From Paraphysomonas bandaiensis (taxonomy: Eukaryota > Protista > Chrysophyceae), in assembly GCA_965644295.1 (NCBI GenBank), contig CBFFRP010000128.1, positions 73,666-137,665 of the forward strand: 64,000 bases of DNA, written 5' to 3'. A program made the position numbers and the translations under genes. This document shows positions 27,781 through 40,449 of this stretch, in pieces (within the stretch, counting starts at the first letter, position 1; every line of letters begins with the position of its first letter). The notes beneath the pieces were generated by a model, which searched no databases, was not told the DNA's origin, and saw only the letters and a list, made by a program, of their open reading frames with translations.

Positions 27781-28786
27781 TTAGTAACTTTCTTTATGCT
27801 TTGCAAAGAATCCGTTTCTTCCTTGAGGAAGCATGTCGAATAAATGGTTAGCAGCATTAGTGACATCCAGACCTACGAATCAAGAAACGTAATCCACTTT
27901 TAGTGTTAGACCCGCCTTTCATACCTCTAGATTGTGCCTGATAAGTAAGATATACTGCCCCAGAGTCATCTTTGTAAAAGACAGAGAGGCCCGGGTAAAG
28001 GCCGCATGGAAATCCCCAGCCTGAACCAAAGTTGTAGAATGATGAGTCCTTGTTGGCCTACAAATACAAGATTTAGCACACTACCTATATGTACATATCA
28101 TGGTTAATCACCTTCTGCTCCTGCGTTCCTTCAACCCCCATGTCCTGATTAAAGTCTGGAGCTTTAACAGAGGCCATTTGGAACCCCCATTGTTTGCGTG
28201 TTTTAAGTGTGTTTAGTTTTTCCACTGTATGAGGACAGAAACATAAATATACATACTTCACCCGCAAAGAAATAGACTTACACGAAGCAGGTGAAACTGC
28301 TACAAAGGATGTATCGTTTGCAAGGATATGGGGAAGTTGTCCATTGTACCCATCTGCGAAATAAGAGCATATTGAGCAGCACTCGGCGTCGTCAGGACCA
28401 AACATCAAATGCTGGATAATCTACACAAAAAGTTATGGATAGTACATATAGCAAGTAAGACAGCACCAGGTTGTGTTTTCCATTAAATAAATCTGACAGA
28501 GTAACAGCTCCAGTATCTGTTTCGAAACGATATTCTTTATTGATTGGTAACCACGGCATATCTCTGCGCGCTTGGACGACTTCATCATATGCTCGACTGT
28601 TCATAATGAATTTCCCATATGCTATATGTTCATACAGATATACCTGAGTTCTTTCTCTTGCTGAAGGACTTGTTGTCGAGTTTGTATCCATTCCTCTCTA
28701 CTGGATGCTCTCTGTCTTTTCTCTGCGAACTGAGGATCATTACATGCCTGATGGATTGTATTTAGCTTCTGGCGTTTGATTGACAT
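27781..28786 (-). CDS. DUF899 thioredoxin-like protein
   Basis: SREEW..RQQVLQQEKELR, RRDMPW..I.KEYRF, LSDLF.G, HLMFGPD...CSICSYFADG, PGLSVF, LFDMLPQGRN; several short introns. Confidence 0.88.
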
Positions 28787-29280
28787 GGTAGGAGAATGTT
28801 GTTGTATGAGTTATAGATCCAATGGAGTTATATTGGTGTATATAGCAGTCTATATGATACCACTGCTGCCTGCACCTTATCAGATCACACTGTATCTACA
28901 TGCGCACATGTATATACTGTATACTGTATGTATGTACTGTATATGATGATAGTGTAGATTCTGATCAAGAATGTTCCGTGTTGGACAGACATATCTAGAT
29001 ACTGCTGTGTATGGATATACTCTGTAGCAGTACATAGATTTGAAGTACGGCGGTACAGCAATCTCGTACACAATTACGGCAACTTGCTTCTTATAAATAT
29101 GAGGTTTACTCAAATTCCGTTTGCTGAAAGCGCCCTTTTATATACAAAACCCTATATTTTCCGCTGTTTCTGTAACGATATTTTCTCATTCAAACCATCT
29201 GCTTAAGATGATTATCTGTCTAATCCACTGGGAATATCAAGATATGTTGCATGGAATCCCTATAGATCATTAATCAGTGC

Positions 29281-30446
29281 ATGAAAATGTCTACCACAGT
29301 CGTCAGTATCCCGCCACATCGTTTATTTAATTGGCTTCAGAATATGAACCGTTCGTTGGTCATTGACATGAGGAGTGAGGAGCACTACAATCGCTCACAT
29401 ATCAAACAGTCTGTGCATGTATTGGATGATGATACTCAACAACAGAGAATTAAACACATTATACGACATGTTGTATTCGTTCCTGGTGATTGTTCTGACA
29501 TGGAGTATCAGTCCAGCTGTCAACTAGCAGATGCTCTCGTTGTAAAGTTGCAGTCACAAGACACTAATAATTGCTTTGAATTTTACCGTCTTGATTGCAC
29601 GTACGAATCTTTTAAATCGTCTTACACGGACTGCCCGTTGATGTTTTATGATTCCTCTGACCCCAACATGTCCCGTAGATGCTACCCCAATGAGATCATC
29701 CCTGGTCGTCTCTTTCTTGGTAATGCCAGGTATGAGATGAGGTATACTTAAGAATGCATTCATTTAGATGTTTCTTCTATAGACAGTCTAGTGACATGGC
29801 CGTACTAAGAGATCTGAACATTACTCGTATCCTCGATGCCAGTGGACAAGAAGTGTCTCGCAGCGCAGCCGAAAAATCTCAAATAGAGTACTATCATGTG
29901 AACATTGACGATTTTCCTACAACAGATATTGCCGCACACTTCAAAGACACTAATAGATTTATTGCTTCTGCTTTAGAGGCACCTAGTGCAAAGGTTCTTG
30001 TTCACTGCCAGGCCGGGGTGTCCAGAGGCTGCACCTTTGTTGTAGCTTACCTGATGTACTCGAGAATATCTGTTTCATTGCAAGAAGCCATGCATACTGT
30101 CCTTGCTGAGAGGCCATGGGTGTGTCCCAATGTTTCTTTTCGTCAGCAATTACGAGATTATGAGGCTACCCTTCATCCTTTATCCTCTCCTTCGTTTGAG
30201 AGCGATGAGGCTCTAATGAAGATGATTCATTCGTACTTCGACTGGAACTCAGAGTCGATATTCACCTCAGTATTCGACGATACCCCTGTGGTGGCCGGAA
30301 GAGAAGAATTGGTTTTAGAGAAAGCAATAGCCAAGTATGAAGAAGAGCAGGCGGCGATGGTCATAACGGCCCCCGTCAAACCAAAGAAAACGTTCTTGAA
30401 ACGAGGGCAAGGTTATACTTCAGCAAGAGCAAACGTCAGGAAGTGA
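29281..30446 (+). CDS. Dual-specificity (MAPK-type) phosphatase with an N-terminal rhodanese-like domain
   Basis: VIDMRSEEHYNRSHIKQS, YPNEIIPGRLFLG, catalytic VHCQAGVSRG, CPNVSFRQQL; intron about 29730-29781. Confidence 0.92.
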
Positions 30447-31094
30447 CTACAAATGTTAAATATATTTATATCTGCCTTTCAAGTTATATTGTACACTATA
30501 TTGTACACTATACCCTGAATGCAAAAGTTCGGTTCTATTTCAATGTATATATTACTACAAACGTATATGACTACATAATATAAAGTTATTTAAATTTAAA
30601 TAAAAACGAGGAGAAGTTATGAAATTGAACTAATAGTAAATATCTGAAGTTACGAAGTAAAGTTTTTTCATATGTGTGTTATAGTCACCAGTGAATCAAT
30701 TGATGTTTTGAAAGGGCATTAATATCAATTTCAAAGGATACTGAAAGACCATTGATTTGTTTTGGGCTGTATTTAGATGATGGATGATATATTTTTTCCA
30801 GATAAAGGTAATTTGGACAAATTTTCAATTGATGCAAATAATACATCTGAGTATGACTTGCAGAAGAATTTATTTTCTCATAGCTAGTAGTTGTAGTTTT
30901 AAAAAGAACATTTGTTGTATAATTCCTTAATGTCTGTTCTAATACTTCAATTATAGAAGTCAGTTTAGACATTCAAGTTTTATTTCCTTCAAGTAGTAAA
31001 TGTCTTATTTATTCGCAAAACTAATTTAGGATTACAATTTCACTATCTAGTGCTTAACTATGATATGTTGCAAATCAGAAACAGTGTGATGGAA

Positions 31095-32603
31095 TTAAGA
31101 AATACAGCACCCATATGAAGCAGCTCCAACCAAAGTCCCATTCGCAACAATCATACAAGGATTATTGGCAAGCTTCTCAACCGCAGATGTACCCTCCGAA
31201 ATGTATTGCTGTATTTGTTGAGAGAAATCCGAACCATTACGCTCGTCCAATATATAGCTACCCAAACTTGCCATGGAAAAGGGATATATTCTATGGGGTC
31301 TACCATTGCGTATTCCGTCAAATGTGATCCAATTTTGATCCGCAAAATGCAAAATGTTGTAGATTAGATTTTCAGAAGCGTCCAGGCGATTTTTCTTAAT
31401 CAGTTTTAACCAAATTTTGTGAACCTCATCGAAATTAAGAGGCATGAATTTCTCTTCCCAAGCAACAGATATTATATTTCGAATGACTGTCTGAATAGAA
31501 GCGTTGACTGGAAAAATATCAGCACATAAGGTTCGGTTCTTTTTTTTTAATTGCTTCATGATTTTGTTCCACAGTAAGAATCGGCCCCCAGGCAACTCTT
31601 TCTCCGGAGTAGCCACACCAAGTAAATCATGCTCTGGGTAGGATTCTTTGACTACGCGTTCGACATTACGGGCAAAACACCCGGATGAATATGCGACTAA
31701 TCGCAAATATGGCTTATTATTATCGTCGAAAGGCAGGTCCAGGATTTTCGCAACCTCATCCAAGTCGACAGGTGTGGTAGAATAGACACGCTTTGTGATG
31801 AACTTGTTGTCGTTTAAATTGGTGGCCCCGGTTTTGAGCAAAACAAAATCGTCTCGCAGTCGCCCATCGGCGTTAGATGTTATAAGATTTTCAATCATTG
31901 CGGACGAGCTACATACTAAAACGGCTATTCTTCCGGACGGCTGGTTACCCAAGTAGACCAAGTCGTGAAGGCTCCGTACAACAGCTGGATAAACCTTGCC
32001 ATTAACTTTGTAAGCTTGGTCCAATTCATCCACACATATGTGCAGATAAACACCTGCTTTACTCAAGGCTGCGATTATTCGCTGGGCTAACATTGGCAGA
32101 CGCACATCGTCTTCAAATGTTATACCAATGCGTTTCAACTCGTCCGCAACAATGTCTAAAATAGAACTTGTTTGCATTGGGCACCCTTTAGATAGAATGT
32201 TGTTCATACTAATATACAATTCGATCAGATTTTCAAACGCATATTTCGCGGTCGCGTTAAATATTTTGAGGGTTGCTGTCTTTCCAATCCCTTTAGCCCC
32301 AACCATAGTTGTAGCACATAATCCATGTGTGCCTTTGTAATTTCCCTTACACAAATTATCAACTTGTGACCAAAGTATAGAGAAAATTTGATTTTGGGTT
32401 GTGGTCCTGAAAAGCCTACTGGCTACATGAGTGTGAAGATCATTCATAAATGCAGTCCGATTTTCAATTTTATGAAAAGAATGACGAATGGGTCCATGGC
32501 ATAAAACATCAGCATCCATCTGCTCAAGAAGTATAGTGGCTCTCTCCGTCTTGACATCTGTGAGTAGAGATGACTGATCTGCTTCTGATTTCTCTTCAGT
32601 CAT
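31095..32603 (-). CDS. Intronless P-loop ATPase (STAND/Crinkler-NTPase-like), C-terminal CCIS
   Basis: Open frame of about 502 aa with Walker A GAKGIGKT and Walker B HICVDE. Family assignment beyond P-loop is inference. Confidence 0.75.
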   Translation of the reverse strand: MTEEKSEADQSSLLTDVKTERATILLEQMDADVLCHGPIRHSFHKIENRTAFMNDLHTHVASRLFRTTTQNQIFSILWSQVDNLCKGNYKGTHGLCATTMVGAKGIGKTATLKIFNATAKYAFENLIELYISMNNILSKGCPMQTSSILDIVADELKRIGITFEDDVRLPMLAQRIIAALSKAGVYLHICVDELDQAYKVNGKVYPAVVRSLHDLVYLGNQPSGRIAVLVCSSSAMIENLITSNADGRLRDDFVLLKTGATNLNDNKFITKRVYSTTPVDLDEVAKILDLPFDDNNKPYLRLVAYSSGCFARNVERVVKESYPEHDLLGVATPEKELPGGRFLLWNKIMKQLKKKNRTLCADIFPVNASIQTVIRNIISVAWEEKFMPLNFDEVHKIWLKLIKKNRLDASENLIYNILHFADQNWITFDGIRNGRPHRIYPFSMASLGSYILDERNGSDFSQQIQQYISEGTSAVEKLANNPCMIVANGTLVGAASYGCCIS

Positions 32604-33012
32604 AGATATGTCTGTGTATGTCTGTGTGTGATACCCCCACACACCACTCGTTCCACTGTATCGTATCCCTAAACTACTGATGAGTTAAATGTAGCCGCCC
32701 TGATCTATAGAGAGGGTTATCTCTCATCCTCCCACCAGAACTCTCATCCACTGCACTGTCTGTTCTGATGAATCAGTTGTCTCAACTGCACCGGATCGTA
32801 CCATACACTCACTGGATGTACATGTATGTACAGTACAGTGCAGCAGTGTGTACATATACAGCCCACTTGCGATCATATAACGCGGTTTCTAGTATATCAC
32901 TCGATATATATCGCGATTTTCATACACAAACCACATTATCTATACTATAAACCCCTGGTTTTTGTGTATGGATATGTACAGTAGATACTGTGGCTTTGCA
33001 TATCTTTGTGGT

Positions 33013-33164
33013 GGTATTGGCATCCTTTTTATATTTTAGTTCAAAGATGCCTCTAATATTGAGACAATAATTATATGTATTCCAGCCGTAGTTGTATATC
33101 AGTGTTATAGAGTATATTTGCTTCAATTTATTCCCGAAAAAATAAGATGCTGACTGCCGATACG
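33013..33164. repeat. ~150-bp dispersed element, copy 2
   Basis: Ends GGTATTGGCA...TGCCGATACG (imperfect TIR); similar to the 15357 and 62182 copies. Confidence 0.85.
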
Positions 33165-33559
33165 CTGCACTCCCATTGCAACTCAGTCCAGATTACTTGA
33201 ATATATTCCTGTAACCATATGAACTAGTCATGGAAGGGTTATGGTTTCCACTTTCCTGATATGTGCAACTCTCATTAATAATGCATCCTGTCTAAGTTTA
33301 GACCACTGAATAAGACACACAGGAGTGTTATTATGTCCTACTCTGTAGCTACCATACTGATATATGACACAGAGCTTTACTGGTATTGATTATCGATGAT
33401 TCACGTATGTATTATAAGTTTGTACTCTTCTATGTATAAGTCACAACATGCGCTTATAGAATAAGCACTCAACTATACAGTAAAACTTAATCCTGCAGTT
33501 GTTGACATAAGTAGATGTGTCTTCGGTCTGTTGTGATCTGAATAGATCAGTTATGAGAG

Positions 33560-33653
33560 GGGTGGGTGGGTAGTAGAATCAGTGCTATATCTCGATGTTC
33601 TAGGTGGTGCACCAGCCAGCCTACACTATGGCCACGCCCTCGGAATGGGGCAC
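33560..33653 (+). repeat. ~90-bp dispersed repeat, second copy at 38586-38673
   Basis: Shared AATCAGTGCT...TAGGTGGTGCACCAGCCA...CACGCCCTCGGAATGGGGCA. Confidence 0.75.
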
Positions 33654-33737
33654 AAATGTATTCAAAATCTATGGAGAGAGCTTCTGTGTTTTGTTCATTA
33701 TGAGATACTGTGGCTGTATCAGTGTCTCAATTTCACA

Positions 33738-34387
33738 TGTTGAGTTCTGCGATATGATGTATGTGGTATATATTGTGCAATTGATGTGAGTTAATAGAGT
33801 CAGCAAAAACACCATATATCGAAGTCCAGCAAAGGTACGCAAACGATGCGCAAATGATCTTCATCATAATATGTTTACTGATGCTGACTGGGTAGGCGAT
33901 CTGTTGACGAGGAGGTCGACTTCAGGTTATGTTATGTTTGGAGCTGGTGTACCACTATCGTGGGGTTCTAAAATTCAGTCTACAAGTTAATGAATGGTGG
34001 GAGCTAGCTATACAAGCGGAGTCATACGTTCACCAATGTCCTATGAGGTTCGGTGGTTGCGTCTCCGATAGCGATGTTCTTCACAAATTTTAGAATGGTT
34101 AACTACATCCAATTGAGTGGGAGTGTTGAGTTCTGCAATATGATGTGATATATATTGTGCAATTGAAGTGAATTAATAGGTGAAGTCAACTCATACGTGT
34201 AACGGGTGATTATAGTTACAAAGGAATTCAATTCAATTACTGATGTGTGACTATTATACAAGATATAGATATATGATAAACAGATGTTGCTGAGAACAGA
34301 TGTTTCATCAGATGTTACACGAATATGTAGTGAAGTGTTCAGAATAATAATTATAATTTCTTACTTGAAAGTGCATTGTGTTCAACA
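33738..34387 (+). mobile_element. Deleted Ty1/Copia relic
   Basis: RNase H FTDADWVGDLLTRRSTSGYVMFGAGVPLSWGSK near 33872-33985. A PPT GAGTGGGAG precedes an LTR TGTTGA...TCAACA (34124-34387); a partial matching LTR start lies at 33738. Confidence 0.8.
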
Positions 34388-34459
34388 AAGCAAGGTTAAG
34401 GTTTACGGGTAGAGCAAAGTTAATTTCAGTGAAATGTCCAATTCTAACATCACTTATTA

Positions 34460-34724
34460 CAGGGCTGCGTAAGAATTGTCAATTAATGACGCAGACAGTA
34501 GTTGATTGTAATTGCAATTATTGTTTGCTCTATTGACAATTAACCATTTTCAGATGATTAAGATCGTTGTAAGAGAAGTTTAAGTTAGTCAAACTAGATA
34601 GATTACTTTATTATAATTGTATACGCAATTGTGTGTGTTGTCATGTAACACATGTCAACAATATGATAAATTATTTCGTTCATGTCAACCACTGCTCAAC
34701 AAAATTCATTGCTACGCAGCCCTG
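34460..34724. mobile_element. hAT-like MITE
   Basis: Perfect 12-bp TIR CAGGGCTGCGTA/TACGCAGCCCTG around an AT-rich interior; no TSD. Confidence 0.6.
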
Positions 34725-34944
34725 TTCACTTGTTGTGGCTAGGTGATATTCTAAAATTTATAATGACAGCATGAATAAGGTTTTGCATATAGTAATCATA
34801 AATATTTCTAAATCGGCATATATTATGGCTACAAACTAAATTAGACGAGCAGTAGCAATCATGGAATTCATGTTAACAACATGTGCTGGTATATAGAGTA
34901 GAGTATGAATTCGAGTACCTTGGTAACACTTCGCCTGCTATACC

Positions 34945-36906
34945 TCATTGTTCTGTAATTGCTTGACATAAGCTTTTAAACTCTTCATCCGAAGTAGATA
35001 GATTGTCATTGTCAAGGTCGCCCCACCAACCACCCTCTACAGATCCAGATGGGGATGACTCCATTCCGGATTCCACTGTAGATTGAAGGCCCCTGCCATT
35101 GTCAAGGTCGCCCCACCAATCACCCCCTACAGATCCAGATGGGAATGACTCCATTCCGGATTCCACTGTAGATTGAAGGCCCCTGCCATTGTCAAGGTCG
35201 CCCCACCAATCACCCCCTACAGATCCAGATGGGAATGACTCCATTCCGGATTCCACTGTAGATTGAAGGCCCCTGCCATTGTCAAGGTCGCCCCACCAAT
35301 CACCCCCTACAGATCCAGATGGGAATGACTCCATTCCGGATTCCACTGTAGATTGAAGGCCCCTGTTATTGTCATGGCTGCTTAAACGATCGCATCCATA
35401 TCCAGAGTGGAGTGTTTGTTCGAAATGGTAATTCCCACTTCCGTTTCCCATTGTATATTTGTTTTCATTAGATGAATACGATTGGTCCGAATTCATTCTA
35501 TCGTTTACTTCTTTTCGAGAATTTTCATTTTTAATGCGTTTATTAATGGTTTTAATATCGTTAATTTGCGACAAGTCACTATCTTGCTTTTCATCAGTTA
35601 GTATAATGTCATCCTGAGTGCGTTTTTTAAGCATCGTATTTTCAGATGTAGGTTCGTCTCCATCAGATGAATAATAACATTGATTGCCCCTGTAAAAGTC
35701 ATGGTCGCTAATGCTACCGTTTATTTCTTCTCGATCATTTTCATTTTTAAAGGCTTCTCGAGCATTTTCATATTTAAAGGGTTTATTATTGGTTTCTTTA
35801 TTTTGTGACACATCATTTTCTTGTGTGCAATATTCGTTGTGAGTGCGCTGTTCAGGCGTGGGCTTGAACCGCACATAATATACGGAATGCAATTCATCAG
35901 ATGCAATACTATGACTTTCTGTTTTCCAAGATGAAGATGTTTGGTCTCGAATGTTGTTCACATTCACCGAATTCATTCCATCGTTTAGTTCATTTCCAGT
36001 ATGTTCATTTGGAAATTCATTTACCCCTTGTAACAGGTCATTTTCATCATTTTGTTCACCGGCATTATTAGGCTTGAACCTCACTTTTATAGGATTCAAT
36101 TCTGTAGGTCCAACGCCAGAGCATTTAGTCACAATACGAACCACAACAGGTGGAGGAGCTCGTCTCTTAGACTTCAATCTGAATTGTATTCTCCACTTCC
36201 CATTATTTATATAGTCGTATTTCATCTCAGTTATATTAATATCCATGCTCTCAGCAATGCACGAAATTATATCATCTATATCAACGCTTTGTAGCAAGTT
36301 ATAGTCCATCACATATCCATTCTTATCTATCATACTGACAACGACCGTGATGCGATTGGACTTATTTTTTGTATAAAAATATGACGAAATGCCATACTTC
36401 TGACGTTTTCGCTGAATGCCTTTGATGTTTTCAATACGTAGTTTTGCCCATACGACGCAATATGTTCGTAGTGACTCCTTACATCGCAGATTGCCATCAG
36501 TGCTCTCCGCACGTATACGAAAACTCTTACCAATAGTCTCTACTATAACACCAAACTTTAAAATACCGCAAGGAGGAATGATTACAATGAGTGTCGCCTG
36601 TATATGTGAGTTATATGAGTGGAGAGAGAGGTTTGATCCCTACCAGTATACAGTTCGGATCAGATGCGTCCACAAACTCCACTTTAGTGCGTTTAGACTC
36701 CCTGAGGCATATATGAGGATAGTAGAGCAACAGTGTGATATGGATATGATGCACCTGCTGCCTAGTATATGGGAGCATTTCTCTGTGGTTTTGGCGTTAG
36801 TCAATACGACTAGAATCGTAGCACCCTCAAACACCAACTCTTCTTGATGTGCCTCTTCGTCATATGATTCATAACCAGGTGTATTTATGATCAAGCATTC
36901 TGTCAT
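34945..36906 (-). CDS. Orphan protein with C-terminal 30-aa WG-containing tandem repeats
   Basis: The 462-aa ORF extends upstream in frame to an AG near 36597; a probable intron joins it to an exon starting at ATG 36906. No recognised domain. Confidence 0.6.
35008..35372 (-). repeat. 90-bp coding tandem repeat, about 4 copies
   Basis: Near-identical units encoding GLQSTVESGMESFPSGSVGGDWWGDLDNGR. Confidence 0.95.
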
Positions 36907-37983
36907 TATGGTGGAACTTAATTAGTATGAAATGAAGTCGAGTTACAGTGATATTATGTGTGTGCATTGATCATTGATACATACATACGCAGCACAGTTG
37001 CAGCACACACAACGAGACAAGTGGAACTAGCAATTAATTCAGTGTTCTTGGAAACAAGCGTATCTTTCAGAGTCATCTGAGCTGAAAACTACCATCTAAA
37101 AACCACAATCTAAAACTACCATTTTTGATCACTGGATTTTTAGAATTCGGTGTTTTTATGAAAGAAATCTGCTACGAATCGTATACAGTATACATTTGAC
37201 AGTATTCCGGTATTCCTGGAATTGTGAATATTATTAATTCTCTGCATTGTTTTTATGAATATAAATACTGAGTTTCTACTTATGTTTGATCCAAAATGGG
37301 AGTTTTTATATATGCTGGATACATACCTACAGTACCTACCTTCAGTATCTACGTACCTGTGTACGTACATACGGCAGCAGTGCACATAGCTGTTGTGCAT
37401 GAATTCCTGCACCACTAGAGCAGGAAGTGGAGACCCTCATACCGATCTCAGTTTCTGTCCACTCCTATCACTGGTTCCTCACAGGGGTTGGGGAGGGTGT
37501 GGATGAATACAGTCCAGACTATTGCCTTCTTATCAACAGCACCTCGGTATGTACCCATGAGATGATCACCCCGCCCGAGAATATAGCGCTGATGCGCGCA
37601 ATGTATACAATAGTGGTGTTAGTGGATTGCCCAGCCAGTCCTGAAGGTCAGAAGTCATAGCTATGACTCACAATCGATTAATAAACTGTCGTAGATCTTC
37701 ACATCTAGGGGGCTTCTGCCCTATACTGACAGCGTAACTAATCACTGCGTGCGGCCCCCTAGTGGGTGCTGCTGAGTGTTGCGACCGCGCACTTCTATCA
37801 ATGTACACATTGCTCAGTTCAGCGGTTCCCCACTCTGGGTTCTCACTGCATATTCAGCGCTGAATACCGTGTGATAATGATGTAGCTTGTTGGGTTCAGT
37901 AGGTAGCTAGCAAATAACGTATGGGACTTAAATCAAGTATTAGTTAGGTACCCACCCGGCCCCCACCCGGCTCTACCTAAGTA

Positions 37984-38204
37984 CGCGCTCAGAATGGGGC
38001 AGCTTCTGGACAGAATCATAAATGTAGTTGTATGAGGCTTTATCTTCTGAAATTTATCTGGTTTTTTAAACCTGTGGTATATTTCAGATGGCTCTTAGAA
38101 AGGAGATTGAAACACAGAGGGAAGTAACCGCATTGATCAGGTTCGTATAACGCAATGGACCTCGTGGTTCGTCAAATAGCATTATTTGCCCCATTCCGAG
38201 AGCG
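37984..38204. mobile_element. MITE-like element bounded by inverted CGCxCTCGGAATGGGGCA motifs
   Basis: CGCGCTCAGAATGGGGCA and inverted TGCCCCATTCCGAGAGCG; the same motif ends the repeats at 33653 and 38673. Confidence 0.5.
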
Positions 38205-39009
38205 TGCCCTAGTGAAGTGGTAGTGTTGACTAATAAGCTAAATAACGTATAGATTATTAATAAAAGTCGCAGCGTATTCTTTGTGTGTCGGCATCAAGAA
38301 AAATCTAGCTAGATCTACACCATACTTGCATAGCCTATATGATGAGATTACGAGGGAGGGGGGGTGGCCAATGTCACACTAGACCTATACTGAGTCATGC
38401 ATGGTCACGAGAATCTATACGTAATCTTTGCTAGGTAATAATGGGAAAGTACACATGGTCCTACTAGAATCTGCGCGAATTACATATATAAAAGTCATGC
38501 ATAGTTATGAGAAATCCCGCGTAATCTCAGCAAAGGTTAACACAGGCAACAGAATCTGCGCGTGATCTATGTGGTCAGCTACGCGGGTGGGTGGTATAAT
38601 CAGTGCTCTATCTCCATGTTTTAGGTGGTGCACCAGCCAATCTACATCATGACCACGCCCTCGGAATGGGGCAATCATAAATAAAAATTATAAATTATAT
38701 ACACTATATATATATTGGTCGTCTACAGATGTACTTTTATGAAAGTTCACTCTCTTGGCATTGTAATATTATAGACAAGGGACGATACTCCTTATCCCTA
38801 GTTTAAATTGTAGCTTATCCTCATGACGTTGAAGCTATTTATAGCATGCTTGCTGCATTAAGAAATAGATGTTCCCTGATTAACATTTAGAACTCATATA
38901 GTTTAAAAGCAATGATATGTATACTGTATGCTTAGGAAGTAGCAATAATACTAGATCAACTCAACACAATAAACCCCAAGTTTCTATAACAGCTACAACA
39001 AATGTACTC

Positions 39010-39421
39010 CTACCACAGAAGAATACTGAGGGAATAGCAACTGCGAGTGTGATGATGAAAGTGTACAGTTATGAGAGGCTTCTTATTCCCTAAATTCGCA
39101 TCATCATCACATTTATATACAGCAGGCCTAACCTCTGCTAGTGCACCTGATCGAATGATGTGTGTATGATATGAGGCACACAATATCCTGAGAAGCACGA
39201 TATGGCCCAAACCCTGAAAGGACTGGGTGCCACTGCTCCTAACCACCTATATAGCATCAGATATGGTAATTAAACTCTCCTGTAAAATTCTTGAAGCTGC
39301 TTCGAACTCCTGGATATGAAGACAGATCACTTACACTGACCTCATTATGATCTTCTACAGCAGTCGAAGGATGGAATATAACTTGGAGTGTTAGATGATC
39401 TGCTCTTGATAGTTGGCTCAT
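39010..39421 (-). pseudogene. Possible decayed TTC36-like TPR gene
   Basis: DHLTLQVIFHP resembles the TTC36 N-terminus (D..VL..IFNP). Later fragments QSFQGLGHI and ANLGNK fit its C-terminus, but the central TPRs are missing. Confidence 0.35.
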
Positions 39422-39729
39422 GGTTGTGGTTTCTCTATAGTAGTGTACTATAATGAATTTACATGCATACATACGACATGTCTCTATTTGCCCGGTGCTG
39501 ATATGAGCGCCCTGTTGAGCCTAAATCAGGTAAAAAAAAGCTTTTTTGAGACATAATGGGGATAACTTAATACTTAATATTTTTAGCACTAACGTTGAAG
39601 ACTTTAGGAATACGTAGTCGAAATTTCTACATAATTACTTAATGAGATATGACAACAAAGGCCTAGCTATTTCTGTCAGATGTAATGCACAAAAACAGAC
39701 ACATGCATGAATACATGAGACATGCAGGA

Positions 39730-40449
39730 TCATATCAGTCTAGGAAAAGATTCTCCAGCGTGACTATATCCCATTAAAGTTCTCCGTACAATTCGTTTAA
39801 ACTGCGATTAGATAAAAAGTTAATGTGTTACAGAAAAGTTAATGGAATTTCTGACCTGTTCGCTATCAGAACGGAACAAATCAGCAGCTTCCCGGTTGAG
39901 AGGATCATCGGGGTTAGGTTCATAAAAAAGATAAATTACACCATATATGACAGCGTTGACATCCAAAACAGGTTTCCAATCTTCTCGTAAGATATTTAAA
40001 CACACTTTCCCTTGTAAATCAATATTGGGATGATATATCTTTGTCTTGCAAAGAACCTTAGGAGGTTCATGAGGATACCCGGGTGGTATTTCAAACGTAA
40101 ACTCATACGTAGCACCCTGCCATATACCGGTATCAGGAGAAACCCTAACATTGAAAAAAGTCAAGTCGTTTGGATTGGGAAAATCCACTGAAGCTATTCT
40201 GCCACTATCCAGATCAGCGATATCTTTTTGCACCCGAATCTCGCCTGGTGTACGTTTTTTACCCGTAATCTTTGTCCCTTCTTGTTTGGCTGCACGTCCT
40301 CCAATACCAAGTAGTTTTAATCCCCCGTTTCCGTTGCTCTCTGTTTCATGCTTGACGTCTGCAGTTGCTTGTGATGACTGGTCTGAGCCAGTGGCTTCAT
40401 CAGGAGAAGGCTTCTTCTCTTGTTTCTTGTCTTTCTTCAATCGAATCAT
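39730..40449 (-). CDS. UBC12: NEDD8-conjugating enzyme Ubc12
   Basis: MIRLKK N-terminus, EIRVQKDI, YHPNIDLQGKVCLNILREDWKPVL, EPNPDDPLN; final exon FKRIVRRTLMG...FPRLI. Confidence 0.95.

Noticed and set aside
37399-37660. Short + strand ORF opposite the WG-repeat gene
   Set aside because: Needs a frameshift or non-ATG start and has no recognisable domain; at most a decayed partner gene.
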